From assembly GCF_056746865.1 (NCBI RefSeq), contig NZ_CM163382.1: a stretch of 64,000 bases of DNA; one strand, written 5' to 3'. Positions 46,475-56,426 of the stretch are shown here, piece by piece. The notes beneath the pieces are model-generated. The model ran no database searches. It worked only from the letters and a program-made list of their open reading frames with translations, and was not told where the DNA came from. Each line of letters starts with the position of its first letter. Positions within the stretch are counted from its first letter, which is position 1. Made by a program: the position numbers and the translations under genes.

Positions 46475-47977
46475 TTAAATTGCATCTGCAAACTCTGGGG
46501 TTTTTCGCTCAGGTATAATTGATGAGTTGCTGTTGTCACTTTTTTTATTTTCATGATTACGAATAGCCAATGACTCATTAAAGTCTTTTGCGACTGCTGT
46601 CTCAATAAATTCAATTTCTGAATCAGAGTGTTTTTTAACAGCTTCTTTGATCTCATCCAGAGTAACATAGAAAAACTCTTTTCTACGATTTACAAGATTG
46701 ACTCTCTTTTTATCGAAGACATCATGTAGTTTTTTTTCTAATGATGGAGCGTCCTCCGAATAAATCATGGCATGTACATCAAAAATAAAAGGAACAGATG
46801 CATCACCGAGCTCATTTACACGGTCTTGCGGATCAAGACGTCGTGTCATGCCTATTTTATAAACATTCTCCCCAAAAGAACCTATGTTCGAAATAATATA
46901 AACATGACCTTGTTTGGTTTGTTGTGCCATGGATAATGCTCTTTGATGCTTTGATTCAGCCTGCGACAAACTCTGTTCTAGTTCGGCAATGCGATTTTCG
47001 AGGCGCTGCTTCATGTCACCAGTAACTTTTTCCATTTCCTTTCTTGCAGCTTCAATTGCTTTTTTATAACGGCGCTCTTCTGCCTCTGCGTCTTGCATGG
47101 CCTTTTCTATTTCTCGTTGTGCACGCTCCTCCTCTCTCATTTGTGCCCTTATTTCTGCCTGTTCTTCTTTTTCTTTCTGTTTTTGCTCACGATATTCATG
47201 GGTAAGCCACAATTCCTCAAGTTTTTTATTGAGGTATTTAGTGTTTATATATATGTGATTTTGCTCGTTTAGTTTATTTATGGCCTCAAATGCCTTTGTG
47301 ATGCGTTCTTCCATTTTAGTGATGTTTTTCCACGTGCAATTGCTAATTGCAGCATCACATTCATTATTAAATGCTCTAGTAGTTAGCCTGATATTTCTGT
47401 CTGTCATTTTTTTACCCTCTGCTCGAGAGCCTTCAACAGTCCATTGGGTTGTACAATATACTGCGCCAGAGTGGGTTTTATCCCGCAGCATTAATTTCTG
47501 TTCATCCCTGATGGATTTTATTTTGTTTTTAAATTGCTCTGAATCTTCAAAATTAAAATGAGGTTCGTAAAATCCTAGTTCGGCTAGCTCAACATCTTCT
47601 GAATAAATAGAAATTTGCCTTACTAGTTTATCATATATTTCTTTCTTCTCTTTATAAGTTCTTCTTAGCTCTTGGATTTGTTTATTGATACCATCCATTT
47701 TTTCAATGGTGTTTGTTAGTTCATTATTGGCATTTTCTTTTACTTTTAGGGATTCTTCTTTTATTATGGAGCATTCTTGCTCTGTTTTCTCAATAAGCTT
47801 CTTACATTCTTCTTCTACATTAAAATAATCTGCAAAGCGAGATTTGTATTCTTCATTTTTTTGATTGCTATCACTTAATTCTAATTGTATTTTTTTGATG
47901 CGTTTGATTGCAGCTATATAAAGAACAAGAACAACCAATAAAAATATGATTGCAAGTAATAGAGGAGTTTGAGTCAT
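46475..47977 (-). CDS. Membrane-anchored coiled-coil protein with C-terminal T5orf172/GIY-YIG-like domain (DUF4041-like middle region)
   Basis: 500 aa; N-terminal TM helix (LLLAIIFLLVVLVLYIAAI); long E/K/R-rich coiled coils; C-terminal GHVYIISNIGSFGENVYKIGMTRRLDPQDRVNELGDASVPFIFDVHAMIY; antisense to flanking phage genes; strongly AT-rich. Confidence 0.7.
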   Translation of the reverse strand: MTQTPLLLAIIFLLVVLVLYIAAIKRIKKIQLELSDSNQKNEEYKSRFADYFNVEEECKKLIEKTEQECSIIKEESLKVKENANNELTNTIEKMDGINKQIQELRRTYKEKKEIYDKLVRQISIYSEDVELAELGFYEPHFNFEDSEQFKNKIKSIRDEQKLMLRDKTHSGAVYCTTQWTVEGSRAEGKKMTDRNIRLTTRAFNNECDAAISNCTWKNITKMEERITKAFEAINKLNEQNHIYINTKYLNKKLEELWLTHEYREQKQKEKEEQAEIRAQMREEERAQREIEKAMQDAEAEERRYKKAIEAARKEMEKVTGDMKQRLENRIAELEQSLSQAESKHQRALSMAQQTKQGHVYIISNIGSFGENVYKIGMTRRLDPQDRVNELGDASVPFIFDVHAMIYSEDAPSLEKKLHDVFDKKRVNLVNRRKEFFYVTLDEIKEAVKKHSDSEIEFIETAVAKDFNESLAIRNHENKKSDNSNSSIIPERKTPEFADAI

Positions 47978-48276
47978 TCGTGCTATTCCTTACGGACAAT
48001 TTAAGACGTTTTGTATTAAATCCTGTTCAATGTGTATGCGGGTGATTGCTACCGCTTACAATCTTCATAATTATCAGTTAGATAGACTCGCTAGTAAATA
48101 ATTTCATTTTTTGCAATATTCTTATTGAATATTTCAATTTATGAAATGAACTCTTTATCCTTTCAAGGTGAAAGGTTTCTTCTTCGGAAATATTTGCTCT
48201 CGTGTGACGTATAAAGACCTTTGATTTTCAAAAATCAGTAGGGAATAATATAGTTACTGTCGGCCTGAACACCCGG

Positions 48277-48375
48277 TGGTGGGGTTGCGCTAAACGGGGA
48301 CGTTTATGCGCACACACAATCCAAACTCTCATCTCCATTCACAGATGCAGAAATGCACCTACGATTTTTTACATT
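48277..48375 (+). repeat. Direct repeat copy 1 (~90% identical to 50221-50315)
   Basis: gcgctaaacggggacgtttatgcgcaca...cacagatgcagaaatgcacctacgatttttt. Confidence 0.85.
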
Positions 48376-48467
48376 CGGTGTTTTACTTCGACAGCCAGAA
48401 TTGGGAGTCTCTATTCGTCTGGCGGCTAAAGGTGATATGGAAATCGTTATGTTTTGGCCTGAGGTAG
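48306..48467 (+). CDS. YlcH-like small ORF, divergent paralogue (within direct-repeat copy 1)
   Basis: 53-aa ORF MRTHNPNSHLHSQMQKCTYDFLH... homologous to the 33-aa ORF at 50240; possibly non-functional. Confidence 0.3.
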   Translation: MRTHNPNSHLHSQMQKCTYDFLHSVFYFDSQNWESLFVWRLKVIWKSLCFGLR

Positions 48468-48789
48468 TTGTAACTGTTGTAGCAGCTATGGATGTGATCA
48501 TCATGGTGTCCATTTACTGGGGTTGACGACATGATTTATCCGGCGCTATATTCTGTGCGTTGCCGCAAAATCGGCACACGGGATTGGCGTCCCGGGATAC
48601 TACTCAACGCATACCGCGTTAAGCGGTTTTTTTGTGCGCTAAGCACGGCTATGCCCAAATTATGGTGGGCTGTGTGAGGGCTTCTTCGGAAGCGCCGGGT
48701 TTGAGTAGCCGGTTACGCCAACCTTACACAGTTCACCACCAGTCGATTGGCGTCGTTGGTGGTGATGGTTAACCTGATGAGGTGATACT

Positions 48790-49398
48790 ATGACTACTCA
48801 ATTAGCATTCCACAAAACGACGTTTACCCCGATTTGCCACAATAACAGAATTTGGCTTACTGCCACTGAAGTTGGTTTAGCACTGGAATATGCGGACGAT
48901 AAAGCAGTTCAGCGCATTTACTCTCGGCACTCAGATGAATTCACAGATATGATGACAAGGGTGGTCAAAGTGACCACCCCTCGTGGAATGCAGGAGTCTC
49001 GAGTATTTAGCCTTCGCGGAGCCCATTTGATCGCCATGTTTGCTCGTACTCCTGTGGCCAAAGAATTCCGCCGCTGGGTTCTGGATATTCTCGATCGAGA
49101 AGTTCAACAATCCCCAATCACAAAACAATTCACTGATAACGAACTTTGCACACTCGCCTGGTTATGGCGAGCAAGTGATACGATGTTAACCGCCTGCCAG
49201 AACGTTACGCCCCTTCTTCAGGTCGCAGAGCATCGCGAAGCAGGTAGATTCACTTCAATCGAACAAGAATATCCTCGGATACTCAACAGGGCGCGAGAAA
49301 TCCTTGCCAGAGAAACGGCGCATGTAAAATTCCAACCGTGGCAGGATGATAAGTGGAGTCGTGTGTTACCATATTTCCGTCAGAATCTGTTGCAATAA
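48790..49398 (+). CDS. Bro-N/antirepressor-like protein
   Basis: 202 aa; N-terminal Bro-N-like region (LAFHKTTFTPICHNNRIWLTATEVGLALEY...SRVFSLRGAHLIAMFARTPVAKEFRRWVLDIL). Confidence 0.6.
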   Translation: MTTQLAFHKTTFTPICHNNRIWLTATEVGLALEYADDKAVQRIYSRHSDEFTDMMTRVVKVTTPRGMQESRVFSLRGAHLIAMFARTPVAKEFRRWVLDILDREVQQSPITKQFTDNELCTLAWLWRASDTMLTACQNVTPLLQVAEHREAGRFTSIEQEYPRILNRAREILARETAHVKFQPWQDDKWSRVLPYFRQNLLQ

Positions 49399-49416
49399 AG
49401 TCACTAGTTAGAAATA

Positions 49417-49458
49417 CTGCCAGCATTCTGCGATGACGGAAGTGCTGGCATTTTTTTT
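49417..49458 (+). terminator. Rho-independent terminator after the Bro-N gene
   Basis: ctgccagcattc...gtgctggca hairpin followed by T8. Confidence 0.7.
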
Positions 49459-49633
49459 GGTAATGTGCGAGTCCATTTCATAAAATACGGGTACTGGAAC
49501 TGGACGATATAATCTAAAAGATACCATTATCAGTAGCATTAAAATCGCTATGTGCCGATACGGATATAAATTATATTGATTGTTCACATACCTTATTGGA
49601 TATTACTGAGGGGTGTTTATATAAGGTGTAACG

Positions 49634-50143
49634 ATGATGTGGAACTTTGACAGTGCCGACTTAAGTGCAATAGCAGCAGGCATTTCTGCGTTTGGCACAT
49701 TAGCCGCAGCGGGGTCGGCGCTTGCAAGTTGGTGCACGTCAAAAAAAGCGCTGCAGCTACAAAATAGAGTTTACCTTTATGAGTCTTTAAAGGCTTGCGC
49801 TGAGAGAGCCAATTCATCAGCTAAAGATAAGCGCGGATCTGAATGGAGCGTTAATGATGCAGCGGATATCATCAGGTGCCTAGTACGGGCGATGGAGCTC
49901 ATCAAGCAGGATAGCCAGCAGAAAGAAGGTAATCAGGCATTAATGTTGAAACAGTACTTTGTTAATCTGCTAATAATGGAACTGTACGAGGAAGTTCATA
50001 ACGGTGATGCGGCTGATTCTGTTTTTAAAAGTACGGAACCTACACAAGTACTTGATAACTTATGGAGCAAATGGCAGGAGGCTATAGCTTTTTTTGATAT
50101 TTGGAATTACCCAGTTGCGACTGAGGAAGACTTGGCAGACTAA
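49634..50143 (+). CDS. Hypothetical protein with N-terminal hydrophobic helix
   Basis: 169 aa; AT-rich upstream region; no recognised family. Confidence 0.5.
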   Translation: MMWNFDSADLSAIAAGISAFGTLAAAGSALASWCTSKKALQLQNRVYLYESLKACAERANSSAKDKRGSEWSVNDAADIIRCLVRAMELIKQDSQQKEGNQALMLKQYFVNLLIMELYEEVHNGDAADSVFKSTEPTQVLDNLWSKWQEAIAFFDIWNYPVATEEDLAD

Positions 50144-50220
50144 TTTTCAGCACATTTGATTTCCAATAATCAACCAGCCATAATCATGCCATTGGAGCTT
50201 GAACAACTCCGGTGACTTCT

Positions 50221-50315
50221 GCGCTAAACGGGGACGTTTATGCGCACATACAATCCAAACTCTCTTCTCCCTTCACAGATGCAGAGATGCACCTGCGATT
50301 TTTTGCATCCAGCGT
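50221..50315 (+). repeat. Direct repeat copy 2
   Basis: See copy 1. Confidence 0.85.
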
Positions 50316-50341
50316 TTGACCTCTGCGGAGGTGAAGCGTGA
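50240..50341 (+). CDS. ylcH: Small protein YlcH-like (33 aa)
   Basis: [33 protein letters not shown]; stop overlaps the ybcN GTG start. Confidence 0.5.
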   Translation: MRTYNPNSLLPSQMQRCTCDFLHPAFDLCGGEA

Positions 50342-50793
50342 ACCTCCCACAAGACGGCATCAAATTGCATCGTGGTAACTTCACCGCTATCGGCCAGCAG
50401 ATCCAGCCTTATCTGGAGGAAGGCAAATGCTTTCGCATGGTGCTTAAACCGTGGCGTGAGAAACGCAGTCTTTCCCAGAATGCACTCAGCCACATGTGGT
50501 ACAGCGAAATCAGTGAATACCTCATCAGCAGGGGTAAAACGTTCGCCACTCCAGCTTGGGTAAAAGATGCTCTCAAACACACATATCTCGGTTATGAAAC
50601 CAAAGACCTGGTTGATGTCGTAACCGGTGAGATCACCACTATCCAGTCGTTACGCCATACCTCCGATCTTGATACCGGAGAGATGTATATCTTCCTGTGT
50701 AAGGTTGAAGCCTGGGCGGTGAATATTGGCTGCCACCTGACTATTCCGCAGAGCTGCGAGTTCCAGCTGCTGCGCGACAAGCAGGAGGCGTAA
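50338..50793 (+). CDS. ybcN: DLP12-type YbcN (putative DNA base-flipping protein)
   Basis: 151 aa; position upstream of ninE-ybcO-rusA. Confidence 0.75.
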   Translation: MNLPQDGIKLHRGNFTAIGQQIQPYLEEGKCFRMVLKPWREKRSLSQNALSHMWYSEISEYLISRGKTFATPAWVKDALKHTYLGYETKDLVDVVTGEITTIQSLRHTSDLDTGEMYIFLCKVEAWAVNIGCHLTIPQSCEFQLLRDKQEA

Positions 50794-50963
50794 TGGCTAC
50801 ACCGCTTATTCGTGTCATGAACGGACACATCTACAGAGTACCAAATCGTCGTAAGCGTAAACCTGAGCTGAAGCCATCCGAAATACCAACACTGCTCGGA
50901 TATACCGCCAGCTTGGTTGATAAAAAATGGTTGCGACTGGCAGCAAGGAGGAATCATGGCTGA
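50793..50963 (+). CDS. ninE: NinE-like protein
   Basis: 56-aa [59 protein letters not shown]; start overlaps ybcN stop. Confidence 0.65.
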   Translation: MATPLIRVMNGHIYRVPNRRKRKPELKPSEIPTLLGYTASLVDKKWLRLAARRNHG

Positions 50964-51246
50964 TTTGAGAAAAGCAGCGCGTGGTCGGGAATGCCAGGTA
51001 AGAATCCCTGGCGTATGTAATGGCAATTCTGAGACGTCTGTACTGGCACATATCCGGCTGGCTGGATTGTGCGGTACCGGTATCAAACCGCCAGACCTGA
51101 TTGCCACCATTGCATGTTCTGCCTGCCACGACGAAATCGACCGCCGCACGCATTTTGTTGACGCTGGATATGCAAAAGAATGCGCGCTGGAAGGTATGGC
51201 GAGAACGCAGGTTATCTGGCTGAAAGAGAGGGTAATTAAGGCGTGA
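50956..51246 (+). CDS. ybcO: YbcO-like (DUF1364) Cys-rich protein
   Basis: 96 aa from [23 protein letters not shown]...; multiple Cys. Confidence 0.7.
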   Translation: MADLRKAARGRECQVRIPGVCNGNSETSVLAHIRLAGLCGTGIKPPDLIATIACSACHDEIDRRTHFVDAGYAKECALEGMARTQVIWLKERVIKA

Positions 51247-51605
51247 ATACTTACCACATCACACTACCCTGGCCTCCGAGCAATAATCGCTATTACCGCC
51301 ATAATCGCGGGCGCACGCACGTCAGCGCAGAGGGGCAGGCATACCGCGATAACGTCGCCCGAATCATTAAAAACGCAATGCTGGATATCGGCCTGGCTAT
51401 GCCTGTGAAAATCCGCATTGAGTGCCACATGCCGGATCGCCGTCGCCGTGACCTGGATAATCTGCAAAAAGCCGCTTTTGACGCACTCACTAAAGCAGGT
51501 TTCTGGCTGGATGATGCTCAGGTCGTTGATTACCGCGTTGTGAAGATGCCTGTTACCAAAGGTGGGAGGCTGGAACTGACCATCACCGAAATGGGGAATG
51601 AATGA
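51243..51605 (+). CDS. rusA: Holliday-junction resolvase RusA
   Basis: 120 aa [18 protein letters not shown]... Confidence 0.9.
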   Translation: MNTYHITLPWPPSNNRYYRHNRGRTHVSAEGQAYRDNVARIIKNAMLDIGLAMPVKIRIECHMPDRRRRDLDNLQKAAFDALTKAGFWLDDAQVVDYRVVKMPVTKGGRLELTITEMGNE

Positions 51606-51742
51606 TGTTTGAGTTTAATATGGCAGAACTTCTTCGCCACCGCTGGGGGCGTCTGCGCTTATATCGTTTCCCCGGCTCTGTTTTGACCGATTACCGAATA
51701 CTGAAGAATTACGCCAAAACACTGACAGGAGCAGGAGTATGA
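51602..51742 (+). CDS. ylcG: YlcG-like small protein
   Basis: 46-aa [29 protein letters not shown]... overlapping rusA stop. Confidence 0.55.
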   Translation: MMFEFNMAELLRHRWGRLRLYRFPGSVLTDYRILKNYAKTLTGAGV

Positions 51743-51827
51743 AGTCAGAGATAACAATCAACTAATACTGTTTTGTTGATTTTTGCTTGTAATTGGCGTT
51801 CTGGTCTGAGTTTTGTGGAGTAAGTTG

Positions 51828-52211
51828 ATGCGTGATATTCAGATGGTTCTTGAGCGTTGGGGAGCGTGGGCGGCTAATAATCATGAAGATGTGACCTGGT
51901 CGTCCATTGCCGCCGGTTTTAAGGGATTAATTCCTTCAAAAGTAAAATCTCGCCCGCAATGTTGTGACGATGACGCGATGATCATTTGCGGGTGCATGGC
52001 CCGTCTGAAAAAGAACAACAGCGATTTGCACGATTTATTAGTAGATTATTATGTAGTCGGTATGACATTCATGTCACTGGCAGGTAAGCATTGCTGCTCT
52101 GATGGTTATATCGGGAAAAGGTTACAAAAGGCTGAGGGCATAATTGAAGGGATGTTAATGGCATTAGATATCCGGTTAGAGATGGATATCGTTGTTAATA
52201 ACTCTAATTAA
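51828..52211 (+). CDS. quuD: Late-gene antiterminator Q (QuuD type)
   Basis: Cys-rich ([12 protein letters not shown] ... CC); last gene before the late-promoter region; start could be 51813. Confidence 0.7.
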   Translation: MRDIQMVLERWGAWAANNHEDVTWSSIAAGFKGLIPSKVKSRPQCCDDDAMIICGCMARLKKNNSDLHDLLVDYYVVGMTFMSLAGKHCCSDGYIGKRLQKAEGIIEGMLMALDIRLEMDIVVNNSN

Positions 52212-52400
52212 TATGCCAATTGTTTACTAAAAATTATTAAAAATGGGGCGTTGAGACGCCCCCAAAAATAAAGGGTAATATATAACAGAAGGTTTATATA
52301 GTTAGAAGCAAGGTTGTGCTTCTAAAGGAAGTGGCTTGAGGGAGCCACTTATATGTTGGGGAGGCAACGCCTCCCGCAACATATCTTTTTCGTAATCAGA
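52212..52400. promoter_or_regulatory. Late promoter/qut/terminator region with clustered hairpins
   Basis: Hairpins ggggcgttgagacgcccc, gaagcaaggttgtgcttc, gtggcttgagggagccac, ggaggcaacgcctcc. Confidence 0.55.
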
Positions 52401-53483
52401 TTAGAACTGGTAAACCAGACCTACAGCAACGATGTCATCAGTATCAATACCAGCTGTTTTGGTAAACTTACTATCGTCAATTAAGTTGATTTTGTAATCA
52501 ACAAAAGTGGACATGTTTTTATTAAAGTAGTAAGTAGCACCGACATCGACATACTTGACTAAGTCTCGGTCACCATGAACACCAAGGTCTTTACCTTTTG
52601 ACTGAAGGTAAGCAACAGATGGGCGCAGACCGAAGTCAAACTGATATTGTGCTACTGCTTCAAAGTTTTGTGCTTTGTTTGCAATATGGTTATTACCAAA
52701 AACGGTCATATTCTGAGTTTCAGAATATGTGGTAGCCAGATAGATATTGTTCGCATCATATTTCAGGCCTGCAGCCCATACTTCCGCATTTTTGCCGGAG
52801 GCATTGAATTTGCTCTTACCATAGGCGACCTGACCGTCAGTGCGATCTGATTTAGCATAGGTTGCACCCACGCCGAATCCTTCATACTCATAAGTAGTGG
52901 AGAAACCGAAACCATCACCATTGGCTTCAGTTACGTCAGTGCGGTCATTTTTACCCTGATACTGAGCAGCAAAGTTCAGGCCATCGACCAGACCAAAGAA
53001 GTCGTTGTTACGATAAGTTGCAACACCAGTAGTGCGACCAGTCATGAACACATCTGTTTGGGTCCAGGTATCACCACCGAATTCTGGCAGGACGTCAGTC
53101 CACGCACCGATGTCGTATGCTACACCGTAGTTACGGCCGTAATCGATTGAGCCGTAATCACCAAATTTCAGGCCTGCAAATGCAAGACGGGTTTTGTCTT
53201 TGGAAGAACCTTGAGATTCAGCGCGGTTGCCTTTGAATTCATATTCCCACTGACCGAAACCAGTCAGTTGATCGTTGATTTGGGTTTCACCTTTGAAGCC
53301 AAGACGGGCATAAGTAGTATCACCATCATCTGCATCATTAGAGGAGAAGTAGTGCTTAGCATTAACTTTCCCGTACAGATCCAGCTTGTTACTGTCTTTA
53401 TTATAAATTTCAGCTGCCTGAGCAGACATCGCCATCAGTACTGATGCAGCTACAGCAGAAATTGCCACTGTTAATTTTTTCAT
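52401..53483 (-). CDS. nmpC: General porin (OmpC/OmpF/NmpC family), uninterrupted
   Basis: 360 aa; signal peptide [23 protein letters not shown]; C-terminal ...GLVYQF. Confidence 0.88.
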   Translation of the reverse strand: MKKLTVAISAVAASVLMAMSAQAAEIYNKDSNKLDLYGKVNAKHYFSSNDADDGDTTYARLGFKGETQINDQLTGFGQWEYEFKGNRAESQGSSKDKTRLAFAGLKFGDYGSIDYGRNYGVAYDIGAWTDVLPEFGGDTWTQTDVFMTGRTTGVATYRNNDFFGLVDGLNFAAQYQGKNDRTDVTEANGDGFGFSTTYEYEGFGVGATYAKSDRTDGQVAYGKSKFNASGKNAEVWAAGLKYDANNIYLATTYSETQNMTVFGNNHIANKAQNFEAVAQYQFDFGLRPSVAYLQSKGKDLGVHGDRDLVKYVDVGATYYFNKNMSTFVDYKINLIDDSKFTKTAGIDTDDIVAVGLVYQF

Positions 53484-54056
53484 CGTGAGCCCTTTTTTTT
53501 GAACTATTATTAAAAAATGATGTCACTGCGCGATAAATATTCATCTAATCAATGTGATTATTTCAAGATGTAAGTTTTGGTTTCTCGTTTAATTTGTGAA
53601 GTAGATCTCTATTTTTATCTGAACTTTTTTCTATCGAATCCTATTCATGGCTCTTGGCTGAATAAAAATAAATCTATTAGCCAATTTATATTAATGGCTG
53701 TTATTTATAAGTGCTCTATAATTTGAAGGTTCAATTTAAATTGGCTAAAAATAACGCTGGAAATTATTTGTTGGTTATTTGTTGAGATTTGCTTATGTAT
53801 TTGTAGTGGTGTTTTCAATACTCGGTAGCATTCTCGCAAATATCATTTAGTGGTTTACGTACGTAAAAAATTGGTTATGCTGTTAAGAGTGGTTACTTCG
53901 TCACACAGCTTAAACCCGCCGTCGAGCGGGTTTTTCCATTTTTTGAGTCTCGATATTAGCTGATAACCCAATACCTGAGTTATTCACTGACTCCGAGTCT
54001 GTTACGTTTCGTAGTATTCCCTCAATTTACACCCGCTTTGTCTGCGAGGTGGGGTT

Positions 54057-54272
54057 ATGAAATCCATGGATAAGTTAACAACGGGTGTCGCCTATGGCAC
54101 CTCAGCAGGTAGTGCCGGGTACTGGTTTTTACAGCTGCTCGATAAAGTCACGCCCTCACAGTGGGCAGCAATAGGTGTGCTGGGTAGCCTGGTATTTGGC
54201 CTGCTGACGTACCTGACAAACCTTTATTTCAAGATTAAAGAAGATAAGCGCAAGGCTGCGAGAGGTGAATAA
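54057..54272 (+). CDS. essD: Holin (phage 21 S-like)
   Basis: 71 aa; hydrophobic; first gene of lysis cassette. Confidence 0.85.
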
Positions 54273-54769
54273 TGCCTCCATCATTACGAAAAGCTGTTGC
54301 TGCTGCTATTGGTGGCGGGGCTATTGCTATAGCATCTGTGTTAATCACTGGCCCAAGTGGTAACGATGGTCTGGAAGGTGTGAGACATAATCCTTACAAA
54401 GACATAGTTGGTGTATGGACTGTATGTTACGGGCATACAGGAAAAGACATCATTCCCGGTAAAACGTATACCGAAGCAGAGTGCAAAGCCCTCCTGAATA
54501 AAGACCTTGCCACTGTCGCCAGACAAATTAACCGGTACATCAAAGTCGATATACCGGAAACAACGCGCGGCGCTCTTTACTCGTTCGTCTACAACGTGGG
54601 TGCTGGCAATTTCAGAACATCGACGCTTCTTCGCAAAATAAACCAGGGTGATATTAAAGGCGCATGTGATCAGCTACGGCGCTGGACATACGCTGGCGGT
54701 AATCAATGGAAAGGACTGATGACTCGCCGTGAGATTGAGCGTGAAGTCTGTTTGTGGGGGAAACAATGA
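54272..54769 (+). CDS. rrrD: Endolysin (T4 lysozyme-like)
   Basis: 165 aa; N-terminal SAR-like hydrophobic segment; GH24 lysozyme-like sequence. Confidence 0.88.
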   Translation: MPPSLRKAVAAAIGGGAIAIASVLITGPSGNDGLEGVRHNPYKDIVGVWTVCYGHTGKDIIPGKTYTEAECKALLNKDLATVARQINRYIKVDIPETTRGALYSFVYNVGAGNFRTSTLLRKINQGDIKGACDQLRRWTYAGGNQWKGLMTRREIEREVCLWGKQ

Positions 54770-55233
54770 GCAGAGTAACCGCGATTATCTCCGCTCTGGT
54801 TATCTGCATCATCGTCTGCCTGTCATGGGCTGTTAATCATTACCGTGATAATGCAATCGCCTACAAAGAACAGCGCGATAACAAGGCCAGTGAACTGGAG
54901 AAGGCGAACGCCACCATTACTGACATGCAGCAGCGCCAGCGTGATGCTGATGCACTCGATGATAAATACACGAAGGAGTTAGCTGATGCGAAAGCTGAAA
55001 ATGATGCTCTTCGGCGCAAGCTTGATAATGGTGGTCGGGTGCTCGTCAAAGGAAAATGCCCTGTGCCATCCTCAGCCGAAACCTCCAGCGCCTCCGGCAT
55101 GGGCAATGATGCCACCGTCGAACTCTCTCCAGTTGCTGGACGAAACGTTCTCGGTATCCGGGACGGAATTATCCGCGACCAAACAGCATTGAGAACGCTT
55201 CAGGAATACATCAGGACGCAATGCCTTCGATGA
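54754..55233 (+). CDS. rzpD: Spanin Rz (i-spanin)
   Basis: 159 aa; N-terminal TM, coiled coil; overlaps endolysin stop. Confidence 0.85.
   Translation: MGETMSRVTAIISALVICIIVCLSWAVNHYRDNAIAYKEQRDNKASELEKANATITDMQQRQRDADALDDKYTKELADAKAENDALRRKLDNGGRVLVKGKCPVPSSAETSSASGMGNDATVELSPVAGRNVLGIRDGIIRDQTALRTLQEYIRTQCLR
54986..55192 (+). CDS. rzoD: Spanin Rz1 (o-spanin lipoprotein), embedded in +1 frame of Rz
   Basis: [21 protein letters not shown] lipobox; Pro-rich. Confidence 0.8.
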   Translation: MRKLKMMLFGASLIMVVGCSSKENALCHPQPKPPAPPAWAMMPPSNSLQLLDETFSVSGTELSATKQH

Positions 55234-55724
55234 TAGCGATAATTTTACTCATCATCCTTCACATCTGGCTCTGTAGACAGGGTGGTGCTCACTTCTGGAG
55301 TGAATCCAGATTAAACATCTCATTGCTGATGCTTGATATTGAGCATTTTGCGCGCGGTAAGGGGCTGCGTTGAGATAAGAGCCAGTCATTACAAATACCA
55401 GGATTTAGCCTCGCATTCGCGGGGCTTTTTATTGCCATTACAAAAGCCACTTCCTACAGAGTGGCTTTGATAATGGCTTATACCCTACACGGGATAACTT
55501 AACTGATATCCCTTTTAAAGGATAAAGGTATTCAAGCCTGACACATCATGCGCTGTATCGTCGCCGTATTCCCGTATTAACAGAGACCGTAGCCCGACGG
55601 GGAACTCCTTCTGCGCGAGTGTGCGGGAATAATCAATAACGATGCACACCGGGGTTACCGGGTACACATATTTCATCATGCCAGCGAGTCCGGTTCTGGC
55701 ACGGAAGAAACCGGACGTTATGAT

Positions 55725-56135
55725 TTAGTGCGGAAATATTTGTGTAGTGTTCTGAATGTTCTCAGTAAAGAGTAATGAATTATCAAAGGTATAGTAATAC
55801 CTTTTGTTTTCGTGGATATTTGTAATCCATCTGAAAACCCCTGCTGTAGCAAGATTTTTCCTGTATTCGTAAAATGATAACTCTCCTGATTTGAATCCTT
55901 TTAAGGTGGCTTCTATAAGGCATTTATTTTTTGAAAATCTTACATTTACAACCTTACTCTGTCCTTTTATTAAAACCGTATTATCGTTTTCAAGAACAAG
56001 ATGAATATTCTCTGTGGCTAAATAGTAAATGTAATGTGAGACATTGTGACGTTTTAGTTCAGAATAAAACCAGTGATAGTTTAAATTATTTCGCACTTTA
56101 TCGAATATTTGTTTAAAAATGGCAACCTGAGCCAT
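55725..56135 (-). CDS. ybcV: YbcV-like (DUF1398) protein
   Basis: 136 aa from [14 protein letters not shown]...; AT-rich; antisense to lysis and head genes. Confidence 0.6.
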   Translation of the reverse strand: MAQVAIFKQIFDKVRNNLNYHWFYSELKRHNVSHYIYYLATENIHLVLENDNTVLIKGQSKVVNVRFSKNKCLIEATLKGFKSGELSFYEYRKNLATAGVFRWITNIHENKRYYYTFDNSLLFTENIQNTTQIFPH

Positions 56136-56192
56136 TGTAGTACCTTCCATGTGATATGAAGGTACCTAGTCTGCACGATTATCTAAATTGCT

Positions 56193-56426
56193 TCAATCTG
56201 GTCTGACCTGCTTTCTGAGCAATTCAGTAATGTCACTCTTTTCTTTGTTTGCTTCAGGCGAAACTCTTTTTTCTGAGCACAGTCTTCGGCGGCAGGCTTC
56301 AATGACCCAGGCTGAGAAATTCCCGGACCCTTTTTGATCAAGAGCAATGTTAATTTGTTCAATCATTTGGTTAGGAAAGCGGATGTTGCGGGTTGTTGTT
56401 CTGCGGGTTCTGTTCTTCGTTGACAT
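56193..56426 (-). CDS. Small ribbon-helix-helix-like DNA-binding protein (YlcI-like)
   Basis: 77 aa; basic N-terminus; C-terminal ...VIEACRRRL. Confidence 0.45.
   Translation of the reverse strand: MSTKNRTRRTTTRNIRFPNQMIEQINIALDQKGSGNFSAWVIEACRRRLCSEKRVSPEANKEKSDITELLRKQVRPD

Noticed and set aside
48304-48513. 69-aa ORF on the minus strand
   Set aside because: Overlaps the direct repeat and ylcH-like paralogue on the opposite strand; low-complexity Thr-rich translation; probably non-coding
52401-53483. IS element insertion in the porin gene
   Set aside because: The ORF is continuous over 360 aa with intact signal peptide and C-terminal beta-strand motif; no transposase or inverted repeats were seen
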